Part shown: piece after piece, positions 1 through 11,969 of the stretch
Layout of the letters: each line of letters starts with the position of its first letter
How positions within the stretch are numbered: the stretch's first letter is position 1
Source of the DNA: Octopus vulgaris
Lineage: Eukaryota
Reading direction: 5' to 3'
DNA length: 64,000 bases
NCBI GenBank assembly: GCA_951406725.2
Contig: OX597816.1
Span: 96,162,001 to 96,226,000, forward strand
Notes under the pieces: generated by a model
The model's input: the letters and a program-made list of their open reading frames with translations, nothing else
The model's database searches: none
Told to the model about the DNA's origin: nothing
Made by a program: the position numbers and the translations under genes

Positions 1-332
1 CTCTTCTACTATAGCCTCGAGCAGACCAAAGCCTTGTGAGTGGATTTGATTGACGGAAACTGAAAGAAGCCCGTCATATATATGCATATATATGTATATG
101 TATGTGTGTGTATATGTTTGTGTGCCTGTGTTTGTCTCCCCAACATCGCTTGACAACTGATGCTGGTGTGTTTACGTCCCCGTTACTGAGCGGTTAGGCA
201 AAAGAGCCCGATAGAATAAGTACTAGGCGTACAAAGAATAAGTCCTGGGGTCGATTTGCTCGACTAAAGGCGTTGCTCCAGCATGGCCACAGTCAAATGA
301 CTGAAACAAGTAAAATAGTAAAGAGTAAAGAG
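1..332 (+). mobile_element. tRNA-derived CORE-like SINE (family C), 5' part outside window
   Basis: Body GCCTTGTGAGTGGATTTG..GACGGAAACTGAAAGAAGCCCGTC, internal (TA)/(TG) tract and tail ..CAGTCAAATGACTGAAACAAGTAAAA recur at 10455-10830, 21460-21840, 25098-25260, 33030-33470 and 40335-40495. Confidence 0.8.
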
Positions 333-333
333 T

Positions 334-413
<80 letters not shown>

Positions 414-414
414 G

Positions 415-587
415 TAAGAATGATTGTCGTCATTTCTTTCTCTTTTGCCTGCGTTGTTTGCTTTTTAAGTGCTGTGGTTTTACTGGGATCTCCCTTTTAA
501 GTAGAAAGAATAGACAAAACTCTTTGACTGCTATTTCTAAATTCGGTGTGTGGTGAGGCAAATCGTTGCTAAACCCTTAATTACTTA

Positions 588-590
<3 letters not shown>
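415..590 (+). repeat. Penelope-like terminal repeat fragment (family P2)
   Basis: CTCTTTGACTGCTATTTCTAAATTCGGTGTG..GGTGAGGCAA..GTTGCTAAACCCTTAATTACTTAGTA is shared with 23230-23700, 30345-30411 and 57170-57370. The 23.4 kb copy carries a hammerhead motif. Confidence 0.6.
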
Positions 591-645
<55 letters not shown>

Positions 646-674
646 ACATATATACATACAAACACACACAGACA

Positions 675-1567
675 CAGGGTGGTGAAAAGTAAGTAGGTAT
701 TAAATATTGGTCATAAAATCCGTATCCTTTTTTAAAATTTATTGAAACAAATTAAATGGTACATGTTCTTTATTACATGGAAAAACAAATGAAAGTAAAT
801 CTTCATATTTCAACCAGTTTTCTCAAACGGCGAGGGATGGAATGAACAACCTTCTGAAGGACGTTGTCTGAGATATTATTGAGAACCTCCTGAATCCGTG
901 TCTCCGAGTCCTCCAGTGTGCGACGTTTTGTCTTGTAAACCCCCTCTTCTGTCCAACACCACAGCTAAAATTGCAATGGAGTGAGATCTGGACTTCTCGG
1001 ATTTCTGGTCTTCTGGACTTCTGCGGTCACTGTCTTCAGGTTTTAGCACTTGCACGTAATGGGATTGACACGGACGGAAATTCAATTCTTTATGCAACAC
1101 TGTACGTATTGTGCGTTTTGTTAGTTCACTTTCACGAGATGCTTGACGTGTTAATTTTTGTGGGCTGCGATTAAACATTTCCTGCCCTGTTCCCACGTTC
1201 TCCGCTGATCGGGATATGGTTGGACGGCCACTTCTTGCAACGTTCACAGAGCCTATGATCATCAGCTTTGCATGACAACCTTTTATTGTCTCCGGATGTA
1301 GTGTTGCATGTTTAACTTTCCATGGAGGACACCATCTCTGAACCAAATCAATGGAATTCGACACTTCATAGCGTGCTGCTATCTTAGCTTGCTCCCGAAC
1401 AGTCAAGAGACCGGCCATCTGGATAATAAGAAATAAGAAATAAGACAATAAGAAATAAGAAATCCCCATTAGTGTTATCTGTTTAAAAAATGTTTTCGTC
1501 ATGACATCAGTGATACTAAAAATTCTGCAAGCAATTTCAAATGCCTAGTTACTTTCCACCCACCCTG
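675..1567 (-). mobile_element. Tc1/mariner DNA transposon, internally deleted, both TIRs present
   Basis: Imperfect ~27 bp TIRs: CAGGGTGGTGAAAAGTAAGTAGGTATT (675-701) and AATGCCTAGTTACTTTCCACCCACCCTG (1540-1567), followed by TA. Transposase remnants lie between them. Confidence 0.9.
810..1418 (-). pseudogene. Tc1/mariner transposase pseudogene
   Basis: ORF 876-1502 contains an N-terminal HTH region (GSVNVARSGRP..NRSPQKLTRQASRE..VQVLKPEDSDRR). After a deletion and frameshift another frame reads SPDLTPLQF*LW..VYKTKRRTLEDSETRIQEVLNNIS, the typical SPDLTPLDFFLWG motif. The central catalytic region is missing. Confidence 0.85.
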
Positions 1568-1835
1568 TATATATATATATATATATATACATACACATAC
1601 AAGTGCGGTATTTGTGTAGGTCATTTTATGTATTTATATACGTATAAATATAAATTGATGACTACCAGTAGTATTAGAACATCTAATATTTCTCAGAATT
1701 ATATTATGAGCATAAAAAATAACATCTTTTTCATTACTAGGATAAATTTGAATTAGCTGGAAGCTCTTAGAATGCTTCAATTGTGCTCATGCGGGATTAA
1801 ATATATGTCCGACTGTGTGCATGCGTATGAGTAAG

Positions 1836-1955
<120 letters not shown>

Positions 1956-2334
1956 TCACTTATACAAATGCACTTTCACGCATACTTATATATACATGTA
2001 TGCGTCTGAGTGAGGAGGTTTGAAAGCGCCCGTTTCTCTTCGTTTATATGCATGTACTATTTAAGTGGAGGAAATCCAAGATTTAATATCTCAAAATCGC
2101 AACTAGGTTTATATCGGGCCGGGGATGATCAAATAAATGAAAGGCCAAAGGGGTTGGCAGAACTTGTCCAAGTCGCGCAGTAAAACTTCCAATAAACACA
2201 AAAAATTTTCTTTATTCTCACAACGTATTAGAGGTCATACATTCACCTACATTTTTTAGAGGTAGTTGTACAATATACTTTCTCATCACTGTTTCAGTCT
2301 GTCCCTCTTTCTCACTCTTTCCTTATACACACTC

Positions 2335-2395
<61 letters not shown>

Positions 2396-2404
2396 CTTTA
2401 TGTT

Positions 2405-2530
2405 TGTATTAAGTCTGCCATTGGTTTCATGTTAAGAAAAATATCTTTATATCTTAACTTCTTTTCAAGCGTGAAAAATTAAGATTCTAAAATATTTTTC
2501 TTAACATGAAACCAACGGTAGCATTAATAC
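2405..2530. repeat. Imperfect inverted repeat (~40 bp outer arms)
   Basis: TGTATTAA..CCATTGGTTTCATGTTAAGAAAAATAT versus ATATTTTTCTTAACATGAAACCAACGG..TTAATACA. Confidence 0.8.
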
Positions 2531-2875
2531 ACAGACACACATACACACACCCACACACACACATATACATACATAAATATACAAAATTCAAATAAGTAGC
2601 AAGGATGTTCAGGTATCAATGCATTACGGCCATTTCAACAGTATCTATACGTACATATATGTACAAATTAATTATTATATCTGCATACATACATACGTAC
2701 ATACATATGGGCGAAATGCCACTAAACATAATTTAATGGGACCGTTTGACTGGAACCTTCTTTTATCGACTTCGGAAGGATGAGCAGCTAAATTACCATA
2801 GACTCCATTTGATCTCAGAACGTTTAACCAGGACGAGTGCCGTAAGGTTTTCGACTGATTCAGCCATAATTTCCA

Positions 2876-3058
2876 ATTTTTGTTTTTACTAAACGCTTAT
2901 GATATTTTGTTTTGTTTTTATCAGGGTAAACTTAGCAGTTTATTTTGCATTATTTATATAATTGCCCATCTATTATATAAATAATGCAAAATAAACTGCT
3001 AAGTTTACCCTGATAAAAACAAAACAAAATATCATAAGCGTTTAGTAAACACAAAAAT
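2876..3058. repeat. Near-perfect palindrome, 87 bp arms, 9 nt loop
   Basis: 2876-2962 is the reverse complement of 2972-3058 with one mismatch. The loop is TGCCCATCT. Confidence 0.95.
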
Positions 3059-3059
3059 C

Positions 3060-3550
3060 TGGTACTGAAAGATAATATTTACCATAAATACTGGAAAATA
3101 AGGGCTTAATACAATAAAAAAAAACTTTGGTAAAATGTCCACTGTATGACCACAAACAACATCCAACCTCAGAAACATGGAAAAAATAATATAAATAGCT
3201 GTCGAACACAAAATATAAATAAAACTGTTTTCTGATTTTAAAGAAACCAATGAATGCAAAATCGAAGATGAAAAGATAATTATGAAAAACAAAGAAAAAG
3301 ATATACAATGATAGTCAACGACACAATTTCTGGAAGTGCTAATACAGAAGCTAAAATTGGTTCAACAGAATGCTATGATAAAGCGATGGCAATATCTGAA
3401 GAGTGAACGTAGACAAGGCAGAACTGGAACACTACCTTAGAGCAGGATGCACAGCTAAAACTGAATAGTTCTTGACCGTGCCGCAAGAAATTCCTACCCA
3501 AAAGACACCATCAAAGCATCAGGACAGAATGTGTCCACAGGCATAAATGA
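3060..3550 (+). mobile_element. Highly degenerate R4/Dong-type LINE fragment
   Basis: Frame near 3380-3500 reads VNVDKAELEHYLRAGCTAKTE*FLTVPQEIPT, resembling the VDK..WL....LK.ETEG.L.AAQEQ region of R4-clade ORFs. Confidence 0.4.
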
Positions 3551-4369
3551 GCTTATACAAGGCGGGCCAAAAGTCATGCACCAAAACATTTGACACTTTC
3601 TATTACGTTATTATAATCATTACTCCTTTTGTGCATCATGTACATGTACATGTGTATTCATCGTAATTGTGGTATGTCTTTGACAATTCCAGAGAATATT
3701 GAACTTATTTTGTGCATCCTGTAAATACTGAAATGTATGCAAGCATTATGAAAGAGTAAAGGTATACACCAGAAAATATTTTGAAGAATTTTATAGCAAC
3801 CAGAGTCTGAAATATTCCATTACCAGCACGGAGGAAGATCAAATCTAGTCGGCTAGATTATTTTGGCTGGGATTATCTGGAGTCCAGTGTTCAACTGGTA
3901 CTTATTTTAATGACCCCCGCCCCTAAGAGGTTGAAAGCCAAAGTCGATAATGATAAATTTTGATTGTGTAAGTATACATGTGTGTGTGAGTGTGTATGTA
4001 TCTCTTTTTCTCTCTTTCTTTCTCTCTGCATTTATATGGAGATGTATTTGTGCTTTGGATTGTGTTGTGAATGTGTGCATATTTATGAGCTTTATTCCCG
4101 TAGTATTATTATAGTAAGTAGACGAAATATAGGCCCGCAGCAAATGAGCTTGAATCTAATTATGCGAAAAGTTTTTTCTTCTGCGACAGATGCCTAACAG
4201 AAAATAATGATTGTCACACATTCTTGTTCATCCTAATTTTTATATTCCCTAATAATTTTGTTAGAAATCTGCATTCCCTTTTCTCTTGTTAACAGTAAAT
4301 TAACGTATATAATGCTGTTATACGACATAATTTTATGTAACATATTTTATCTGAAACTTTGTTGTGTAA

Positions 4370-4760
<391 letters not shown>

Positions 4761-5554
4761 ATTTGCACAAAACTAAAAAAATATCTTAGTTTTCTTATAG
4801 ATGTTTTCGGAAAAAAAAAAGTTTTAGTTTTGTATTTAGACTTTATATAGCGTAACCGTAACCCGCGGCTAGGTGTTGGGTTCATCTTTATTTCTATGTT
4901 GACAGACAAAATAAATTAATTTCTTATTGAAATTACTTCAAATTTTTCGACTAAATGTATTTCACATGTAAAATATTTGACAAATTCCAAATTCAATTTT
5001 TAATTTGTGCAAAATTCTCCAAGAAAATATATTTAACGAATAGAATATTTGATGAATTTAAAGTGCTATGTTAACTTTATTCTGAATTTTGCAAATAGAT
5101 GTATTTACTAAATGAAATAATCGATTCAGAAAATATGGAACAGTCTAAAATTTACAAATAAAAGTACTTTCAAGACTGCAATTTTTTCTTGTGAACGCTT
5201 CGACCTTTGCTATCCAGGCATACTACATAGTTTTCCATGAATGTGATATGTGAGAAACCTTGATATCTTGTCTCAAATGATGCAAAGTCATGATTAAGCT
5301 TTTTATTGTGCTCTTAACTAACGCCATTTCAGTTTCAAAAGAAAGAGTTATAATATGCGCTTTTAAAGATATTCAGCAACCAATGTTATTAATTCCTATA
5401 AGCTTTGCTAACAGGTTGCTGTAATTAGGATTTTTGCGAACCTATAGAAATCTATAAACTATAACACAAAATGCACAGCATGTTTCTATATCGATTGCGT
5501 TTATCATTCTGTTAACCTTTTCTGACTTCAGCAATGTTATTATTCTACACAGGT

Positions 5555-5741
5555 TCAAGGCGGCAAGCCTGCAGAAAGCACACCGGGCAGAATGCTTAGC
5601 GGTGTTTCGTCTGTCTTTACGTTCTGAGTTCAAATTCCGCCGGGGTCGATAAATCAAGTACCAGTTGCATACCGGGGTCGATCTAATCAACTGGTCCCCC
5701 CTCCTCCAAAATTTCAGGCTTTGTGCCTAGAGTAGAAAAGG
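5555..5741 (+). mobile_element. Meta-domain tRNA SINE (family M, tail B) with TSD and internal deletion
   Basis: B-box GAGTTCAAATTCC, core CGGGGTCGATAAATCAAGTACCAG, tail ..GGCTTTGTGCCTAGAGTAGAAAAG. Flanked by TTATTCTACAC(A/T)GGT at 5540-5554 and 5742-5756. Confidence 0.85.
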
Positions 5742-5844
5742 TTATTCTACACTGGTACGTTAGCTGGTTTGAAAGACGAGCTCGTCTAACTTTCAAATCA
5801 TCTAACTTTCAAGCCATCTAACTTTCCTGTGTAGAATAATAACA

Positions 5845-5990
5845 TCGAAAAAATACCTTAGGAATGAGAACCCAGGTGCGAAAATCTCCGAGGACACCTG
5901 ACGAAAGCTGGAGAGTACATTAGCCGAATCGTTGTGTTAACAACAAACAAGATGAGAACAAATATCCATCGAATGTAAATAATGTAAATA
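5845..5990 (+). mobile_element. Penelope-like terminal repeat (family P1) with minimal hammerhead
   Basis: Homologous to the reverse complement of 10940-11070, which is fused to a PLE RT fragment. Confidence 0.75.
5893..5938 (+). ncRNA. Minimal type I hammerhead ribozyme motif (GAAA mutated to GAAT)
   Basis: GACAC-CTGACGA-A-AGCTG..TAGCC-GAAT-C-GTT-GTGTT. Stem I GACAC/GTGTT and stem II GCTG/TAGC. Confidence 0.65.
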
Positions 5991-6923
5991 GCGTACTGTT
6001 ATGCACTATGCGTCCATATCAGAAGTCTTTACGCAGCAAATGACGCAGTCTTCAGTGTTCTAACACAATATCCACGTTAAGTTAGATATAAAGATCGTTT
6101 AATCAATATTGTATACATAAACTTGATCGCTTCGTGTTTTAGCCAATGCCAGATAGTGTGTTTAATTTAATCACTGAATACCGCCACGAATTCCCCCTTG
6201 TTTTTCAAAAATCTCCCTTTAATCACAAAATAAGGGGACGGGGTGGGGGAATCTGCCCTATGTTTCAAATCCTGGCAGCAACACTGAAGCTGGAAGCAAG
6301 ATAATCTAATTCTACACTTTATCACATTCAAGAATATAAACACGTTTTTAAGCACAACACACGCGGAGTTATAAAGAAACACTAACTTTCACCAGCATAC
6401 CTGGGTCAGTACTATGTGAACCATAGTGCTCTCTCTCCCTAGCGGTCAGCTTTCTATCTCGGACATGTGAGCATGCGCACAACAGCCAAACACCGCGTCG
6501 CTGGAACTGTGAATCGCACAGTTCTATACAAGGACTTTTGTATTTTTTTCATAAACTAGGGAATGGCTACTGGCATTAAGCTTAAGCATTATATAATGTA
6601 CAAATATTAAGAAAGAATTAAAGAAAAAAGGACTCATTATATTGAATGTTATCGATAATATCGAGTGGAAATAGGGGGTGTTGCAGTTCCGCAGTGCCTA
6701 TACACGAGCCGCCATTGTTCACCATGCAAATTAAACACAAAATTTGGCTTTCATTCCTCCGGGTTCGATAAAACGAAAACCACCAAGTACTAGGAACGTT
6801 GATATCTACTAACCCGACCCACCTGAAACTTACATATCCAAAAAACTATTATTAAGCCTTTTATCGCTGAAACAGGGAAAAGTCGGACATTATCCCCTGT
6901 GGTATTTAATTTTGGTATTTAAT

Positions 6924-7147
6924 GAGATGGCAGAAACGTTAGCACGCCGGGCGAAATGCTTAGCGGTCTTTCGTCTGCGTTACGTTGTGAGTTGAAATTC
7001 TGCCGAGGTCGACTTTGCCTTTCATCCTTTCGGGGTCGATAAATTAAGTACCAGTTACGCACTGGGGCCGATGTAATCGACTTAATACCTATGTCTGTCC
7101 TTGTTTGTCCCCTCTGTGTTTAGCCCCTTGTGGGTAATAACGAAATA
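6924..7147 (+). mobile_element. Family M SINE with tail A, nested in an older degenerate family M copy
   Basis: Head GGCAGAAACGTTAGCACGCCGGGCG, core TTTCATCCTTTCGGGGTCGATAAATTAAGTACCAG, tail ..TTTAGCCCCTTGTGGGTAATAACGAAATA. Direct repeat GGTATTTAATTTTG at 6901-6914 and 7148-7161. Confidence 0.85.
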
Positions 7148-8093
7148 GGTATTTAATTTTGTCTTTATACATCCTCAGTTCAAATACAGACTGAATTGCC
7201 TTCGAACTTCCACCCATAAATACTAAGTACCGTTCAAATATCGAAATCAATCGATTGATAAAATCATCTCACCATTCGTCTCAAGATATTTTTCTGGATT
7301 TGTGCCTAGTTTATAAATCATTATTATTTTAATGGTTTATTATTTTTATTTTTACTTACTTAAGAAAACACTTTACGTTGCCAAAACGTATTTTACGTAT
7401 CACCGATTTCTAGGTCGGGTAAGTTAAAAGAGTGAGCTCGAGAGAAGTAACTAGATTCAGGTGATACCTTGATAAGCCAACGGCAATTCGTTGTCTTGTG
7501 TATATATCTGCAGTAGGTTAAGGGTAGTGTTTCTACTATTTCTTGAATGTAGTTGTGTGTTGGTGGCAGTGAAATCTGTTTTACTAATAAAAATTCATAT
7601 TTAGCAATGTTTAATGCTACTGTGCTAACGCAGAATATATTACACTTGGTTGAAGGCCCACTAATGCAGATATAATTTCTTTATTCTTATTGACATCTTA
7701 TTCTCTCCTTTTTCCTCCTGTCTTTCTCCCCTTTCTCCAGGCAATTGCTTGCATATACACATAGATGCACAGATCTTCAAAAATATACTTGTATATTATA
7801 TAGCTGTTAATTATGCATATATGGTGAAGCTAAATATATGTTTATTCGCATTTATTAACCGAATGCATGCATTTAATCACAAACACACGAATACATACAG
7901 GTATACAATCATACATAGAGTTATGTAAGTTTATAAAGTTTATGTATGTGCGTGGGTGTTTGCAAAAGAAAGAGAGAGTAGATGCATATTCTAAAGAAAA
8001 AATTATGTTCAAATAATGTGTGCGTATATATATAAATATACATACATACATACATACATACATACATACATTCACACACACACACACACACAC

Positions 8094-8147
<54 letters not shown>

Positions 8148-9305
8148 TTGTATATACATAACGAGAGAGTGTATTCCACTGCTGTATCATAATGTATATA
8201 TGTATTTATGAATATGTTACTGTTTTGTAACGAACTTCTCCATCCTCATCCCTTATCCTCTTTTTTTTGCAGTACCTTATGCGTTGCTTCTTACCATTTG
8301 CCTTCGTTTTCTTCTCTCCCGTTTATTTTTTTCTATTTTCACATTCCTTCACACATCTTCACTTACCCCCCCCCTCTCTCTCCATTCTACTCATGTTGCT
8401 TTTATCCATTCGGACAATTAATTATACACTCCGTTTGATAACACATCTCTGGTAAGATTTATCTTTCTCTGCTGCCCACTTCCATTCAGAATCTAAGTTA
8501 AGAAAACAAATATAAATATATAAACAAATAATGACATTAGTGAGTGATCCACGTTTTTCACTTTAACACTGAACTTCATAGTCACGTGTAATGAACTTGA
8601 CTTTGAAGAGCGCTTTTTCAGAAACAACTATTAATAGGTTATATGACCAGTGTTCTACCTCACATATCCCATCTGAACTACTTACAATTCCATTACTGCT
8701 CCTTGTTCCTTTTCAAAACACGTGGTGTCTTCATTCGTGTTGCGATAACTATCAAATCAGTTACATCCGATGCTTATTTGGATATATAACAGCTAAGAGT
8801 TAAACGAAAGAGTCCTTATTTTTTTGTACTTGTTATCTTATGATGTTAGTTATTTTTTTCTTTCATTGCATATTCTAGTAACTTCTTGAACACATGGTTA
8901 GCCGAAAGTGTGTTCCATCAATGTTATTTTTATCATAGTTCTAGATGTCAAATTACTAATTTAATAACTACTGTAGATTTTGCTTAAGGTACTGCTTCTT
9001 TTTATCAGTCAAATTCTTTTTATCAGTTCAGGTATCTAGAAATTTATGTATTTGGTGTAGAGTACCTTAAAATTTAAGACCCAGTACTGTGGTGGTTTCT
9101 GTTTCAAATCACCGGTGTGGTTGTTTCATTTTGATATGTTAATCATTGGATACGTGGAGGAGTTAGTCGTGAGGAGTTAGATGTGAGGAGTTATTCGACT
9201 CCACTTGAGTCAGGAAAGTTTACACATTTTCACATATTCAGGAACTGTTTTATATGTGTCTCTTTATCTGTTTGTGTGATAGTGCAAATATATGTGTATA
9301 TATAA

Positions 9306-9370
<65 letters not shown>

Positions 9371-9493
9371 AGAGGACGTTATTATACATAAATGCCACAC
9401 GCTAGGAGGGACTTTCAAAGTCATTACTACCAAAAATAAACAAATCGAACCGAATGTAGCTCTCGAAGCAAGACATTTAAAAAACAGAATTTA

Positions 9494-9557
9494 GTTCCAG
9501 ATCACTTGTGATTTCGCAATTAACGTATTATCTACGTCTTTTGTTCATCAGTGAAAC
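9494..9557 (-). ncRNA. Type I hammerhead ribozyme motif, intact core
   Basis: Minus strand reads GTTTCA-CTGATGA-ACAAAAGACGTA..TACGTTAATTGC-GAAA-TCAC-AA-GTGA-TC-TGGAAC. Stem I GTTTCA/TGGAAC, stem III ATCAC/GTGAT, AUC cleavage triplet. Confidence 0.75.
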
Positions 9558-9623
9558 ATATTCAGAACATATCAAAAATAAACAAAACCTACATACCGGG
9601 CGGAACCAAACAGACAACTGTCG

Positions 9624-9669
<46 letters not shown>

Positions 9670-9880
9670 GAGAGAGAGAGGGGGGGGCATGAGAAAAAGA
9701 AATATATTAAACCACGGTTTTACCATTTAAATTACCAACTACTGTTAACCTTATAGCAAGGCCTATACACAGTGAGGTAATACACCAGTAGTGCTTACGA
9801 ATGAATTTATCCCTTAGACGGCTGCATGACCTCTAACTCATAATTTCTCTCTCTCTCTCTCTTTCTTTCTCTCTCACTTC

Positions 9881-9922
<42 letters not shown>

Positions 9923-10014
9923 CGTGTGTGTGTGTGCGTATGGTTATTTATTTCAAGTGGACTTACTGCGCCCTCGGACACCAATCTGAGTATTTCTACG
10001 TCTTGGCGGAAGAG

Positions 10015-10240
10015 TAGCTAGCATTCCGTCAGTTACGACGACGCGCGTCGGGCCGATCAACGGGCAGCATATTCGTGGCATTAAAGAACAAGTAGCTGAC
10101 CATATTGTATCTATAATGTACTTCCCAAGTGATACAGAGAATGTGAAGGCTGACCTTTTCAATTATAGATACTACTCGTTTTTATCAGCTGAGTGGACTC
10201 GAACAACAAGAAATAAAGTGTCTTGCTCAAGTACACAAGG
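10015..10240 (-). mobile_element. Degenerate SINE fragments (3' end of the 34.8 kb family plus a CORE-like segment)
   Basis: GCATTCCGTCAGTTACGACGACG..CCGATCAACGGGCAGC is the reverse complement of the 35115-35175 tail. AAATAAAGTGTCTTGCTCAAG matches the CORE-like block at 31390-31420. Confidence 0.6.
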
Positions 10241-10454
10241 CTAACTCGTATATAAAACCAGCTGCTTTCATGAGACGGCTGTCTTCTGCTCTGCTTGTCT
10301 TAGGGCTCTTTGGTATTGCTAGTGAGATTCTTTGCAGTGTTGTACATGCGTCACTCGGTGGACAGCGCTGGTACTTGTCAGCGATAGTCATGCTGGTCTA
10401 ACGAGTAGTCATCACACACACACACACACAAACACACACATAATGTATGACTTA

Positions 10455-10592
10455 GGTATATGGTAAGAAGCTTGCTTACCAACGACATGGTTCGGGGATC
10501 TTGTGGAACCTTGGGAAAGTGTCTTCTACTAGAACCACGAGCCGACTAAAGCCTTGTGAGCGTATTTCGTAGACGAAAACTGAAAGAAGCCC

Positions 10593-10633
<41 letters not shown>

Positions 10634-10830
10634 TTTGTCTTTGTGTTAATCCACCACCACTGCTTGACAACAGGTGCTGATGTCTTTATGTTCTCGTAAC
10701 ATAGCGGTTCGGAAAAAGGGATCGATAAGTTAAGTGTTACGCTTTACAAAAATAAATACCAGGGAACATTACTTTCAGCTAAAGATTCTTTAAATCGGTG
10801 TCCCAACACGGCCGCAATCAAATAACTGAA
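10455..10830 (+). mobile_element. Family C SINE, near full length, diverged
   Basis: TGGTAAGAAGCTTGCTT head, ACCTTGGGAAAGTGTCTTC CORE-like block, internal (TA)n and the family tail. Confidence 0.8.
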
Positions 10831-10939
10831 ACATATATATATATATATATTTACAGTGAAAGGGTTAATCTAATCTTGTACTTTTGGGATCAATTTCTTA
10901 TTGTTATTTGCATCCAAGCATAATACAGTTCTATATTTA

Positions 10940-11220
10940 AAAGATGAGGAATTATGTACATTATTTACATTATTTACATTTGACGGATATTTGTCCTCAT
11001 CTTGTTTGTTGTTAACACAACGTTTTGACTGATATACCCTCCAGCCTTCTTCAGGTGTCTTGGGGAAATGTCGATGTTTTAGGCACTGAGCAATCCCTCT
11101 CTTTACACTATATGGATAGTGGGAATTGAAGTTGAGGTATCGTCCAGTGAAGGTTGGCTTGCGGTATACAGATGTCCTGAATCCATACTTGGTGCGTGGT
11201 ATTAATACTAAAGATTCTAT
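10940..11220 (-). mobile_element. Penelope-like element: RT thumb fragment fused to terminal repeat
   Basis: Minus strand 11220-11071 translates IESLVLIPRTKYGFRTSVYRKPTFTGRYLNFNSHYPYSVKRGIAQCLKHR, the characteristic PLE RT VYRKPT..YL.F.S.HP motif. The P1 terminal repeat follows directly. Confidence 0.9.
11014..11059 (-). ncRNA. Minimal hammerhead motif (GAAA mutated to AAAA)
   Basis: GACAC-CTGAAGA-A-GGCTG-GAGGGTATAT-CAGTC-AAAA-C-GTT-GTGTT. Confidence 0.65.
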
Positions 11221-11911
11221 TCCAGCAAACGTATGAGAAGCAAATTTAATATTAAGATTTGGATAAGAGACCGAAAAAAGCTTGTGGTTAATACCAACTT
11301 TATAGATGCCAAAGGCACGTAAATTTCTACTTGGTGTTCATACAATTACGATATGGAGCGCTCACTTGTTGTCACTAAGTGAAATATTATTTCGTTCACC
11401 TTTTTCAAGTGTAAATGTAAAATGTGTTCTGGCAGTTTCCAAGCTACAGAATAAGGTGGATGTATAGTTTCTTTCTGTTTAATAGTTGCCTTATAATCGT
11501 TTAGCATGCTGACATTTCCAAAGTTTCAAGTACAATGGATTTGATTAATCTTGTACAATTAATAGTTAATATATTAGTTCTGACAAGACCTTGACTTAAC
11601 ACAGTTCGCAACCATTGTATAATAAAATATATCGAGTCTTCATTTCCAATGTGCCTCAAGGAAACTATAAAGAGTAGTTTCAATTGTTGTTCTATCAAAG
11701 TGGTAAAGATGTAGATGACTTTGAAGAATTTTCGAGTTAACCAATCTATTTGCAAACGTATCTAGGTTGTACTCTTCCATTCAGCCATGTCAGATGATTG
11801 TAAAGAGCATTCCATAAATGGAAGGTTCTTCAATATGAATCCGTTCAGTAACATGAACCGGCTGTTATGAAACTAAATTTATAGCAGTATAAATCATATA
11901 CATATATATAT

Positions 11912-11969
<58 letters not shown>

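Noticed and set aside
6130-6718. Possible DNA transposon ending ..CACGAGCCGCCATTG
   Set aside because: No matching opposite terminal repeat or TSD could be identified.
7690-7760. Strong polypyrimidine tract plus CAG at 7738-7740, a possible splice acceptor
   Set aside because: No convincing downstream coding frame or donor site, so it cannot be supported without RNA-seq.
9154-9196. Three copies of a 14 bp unit GTGAGGAGTTA.. (also three 16 bp units at 5785-5826)
   Set aside because: Short slippage-type tandem repeats with no evidence of function.
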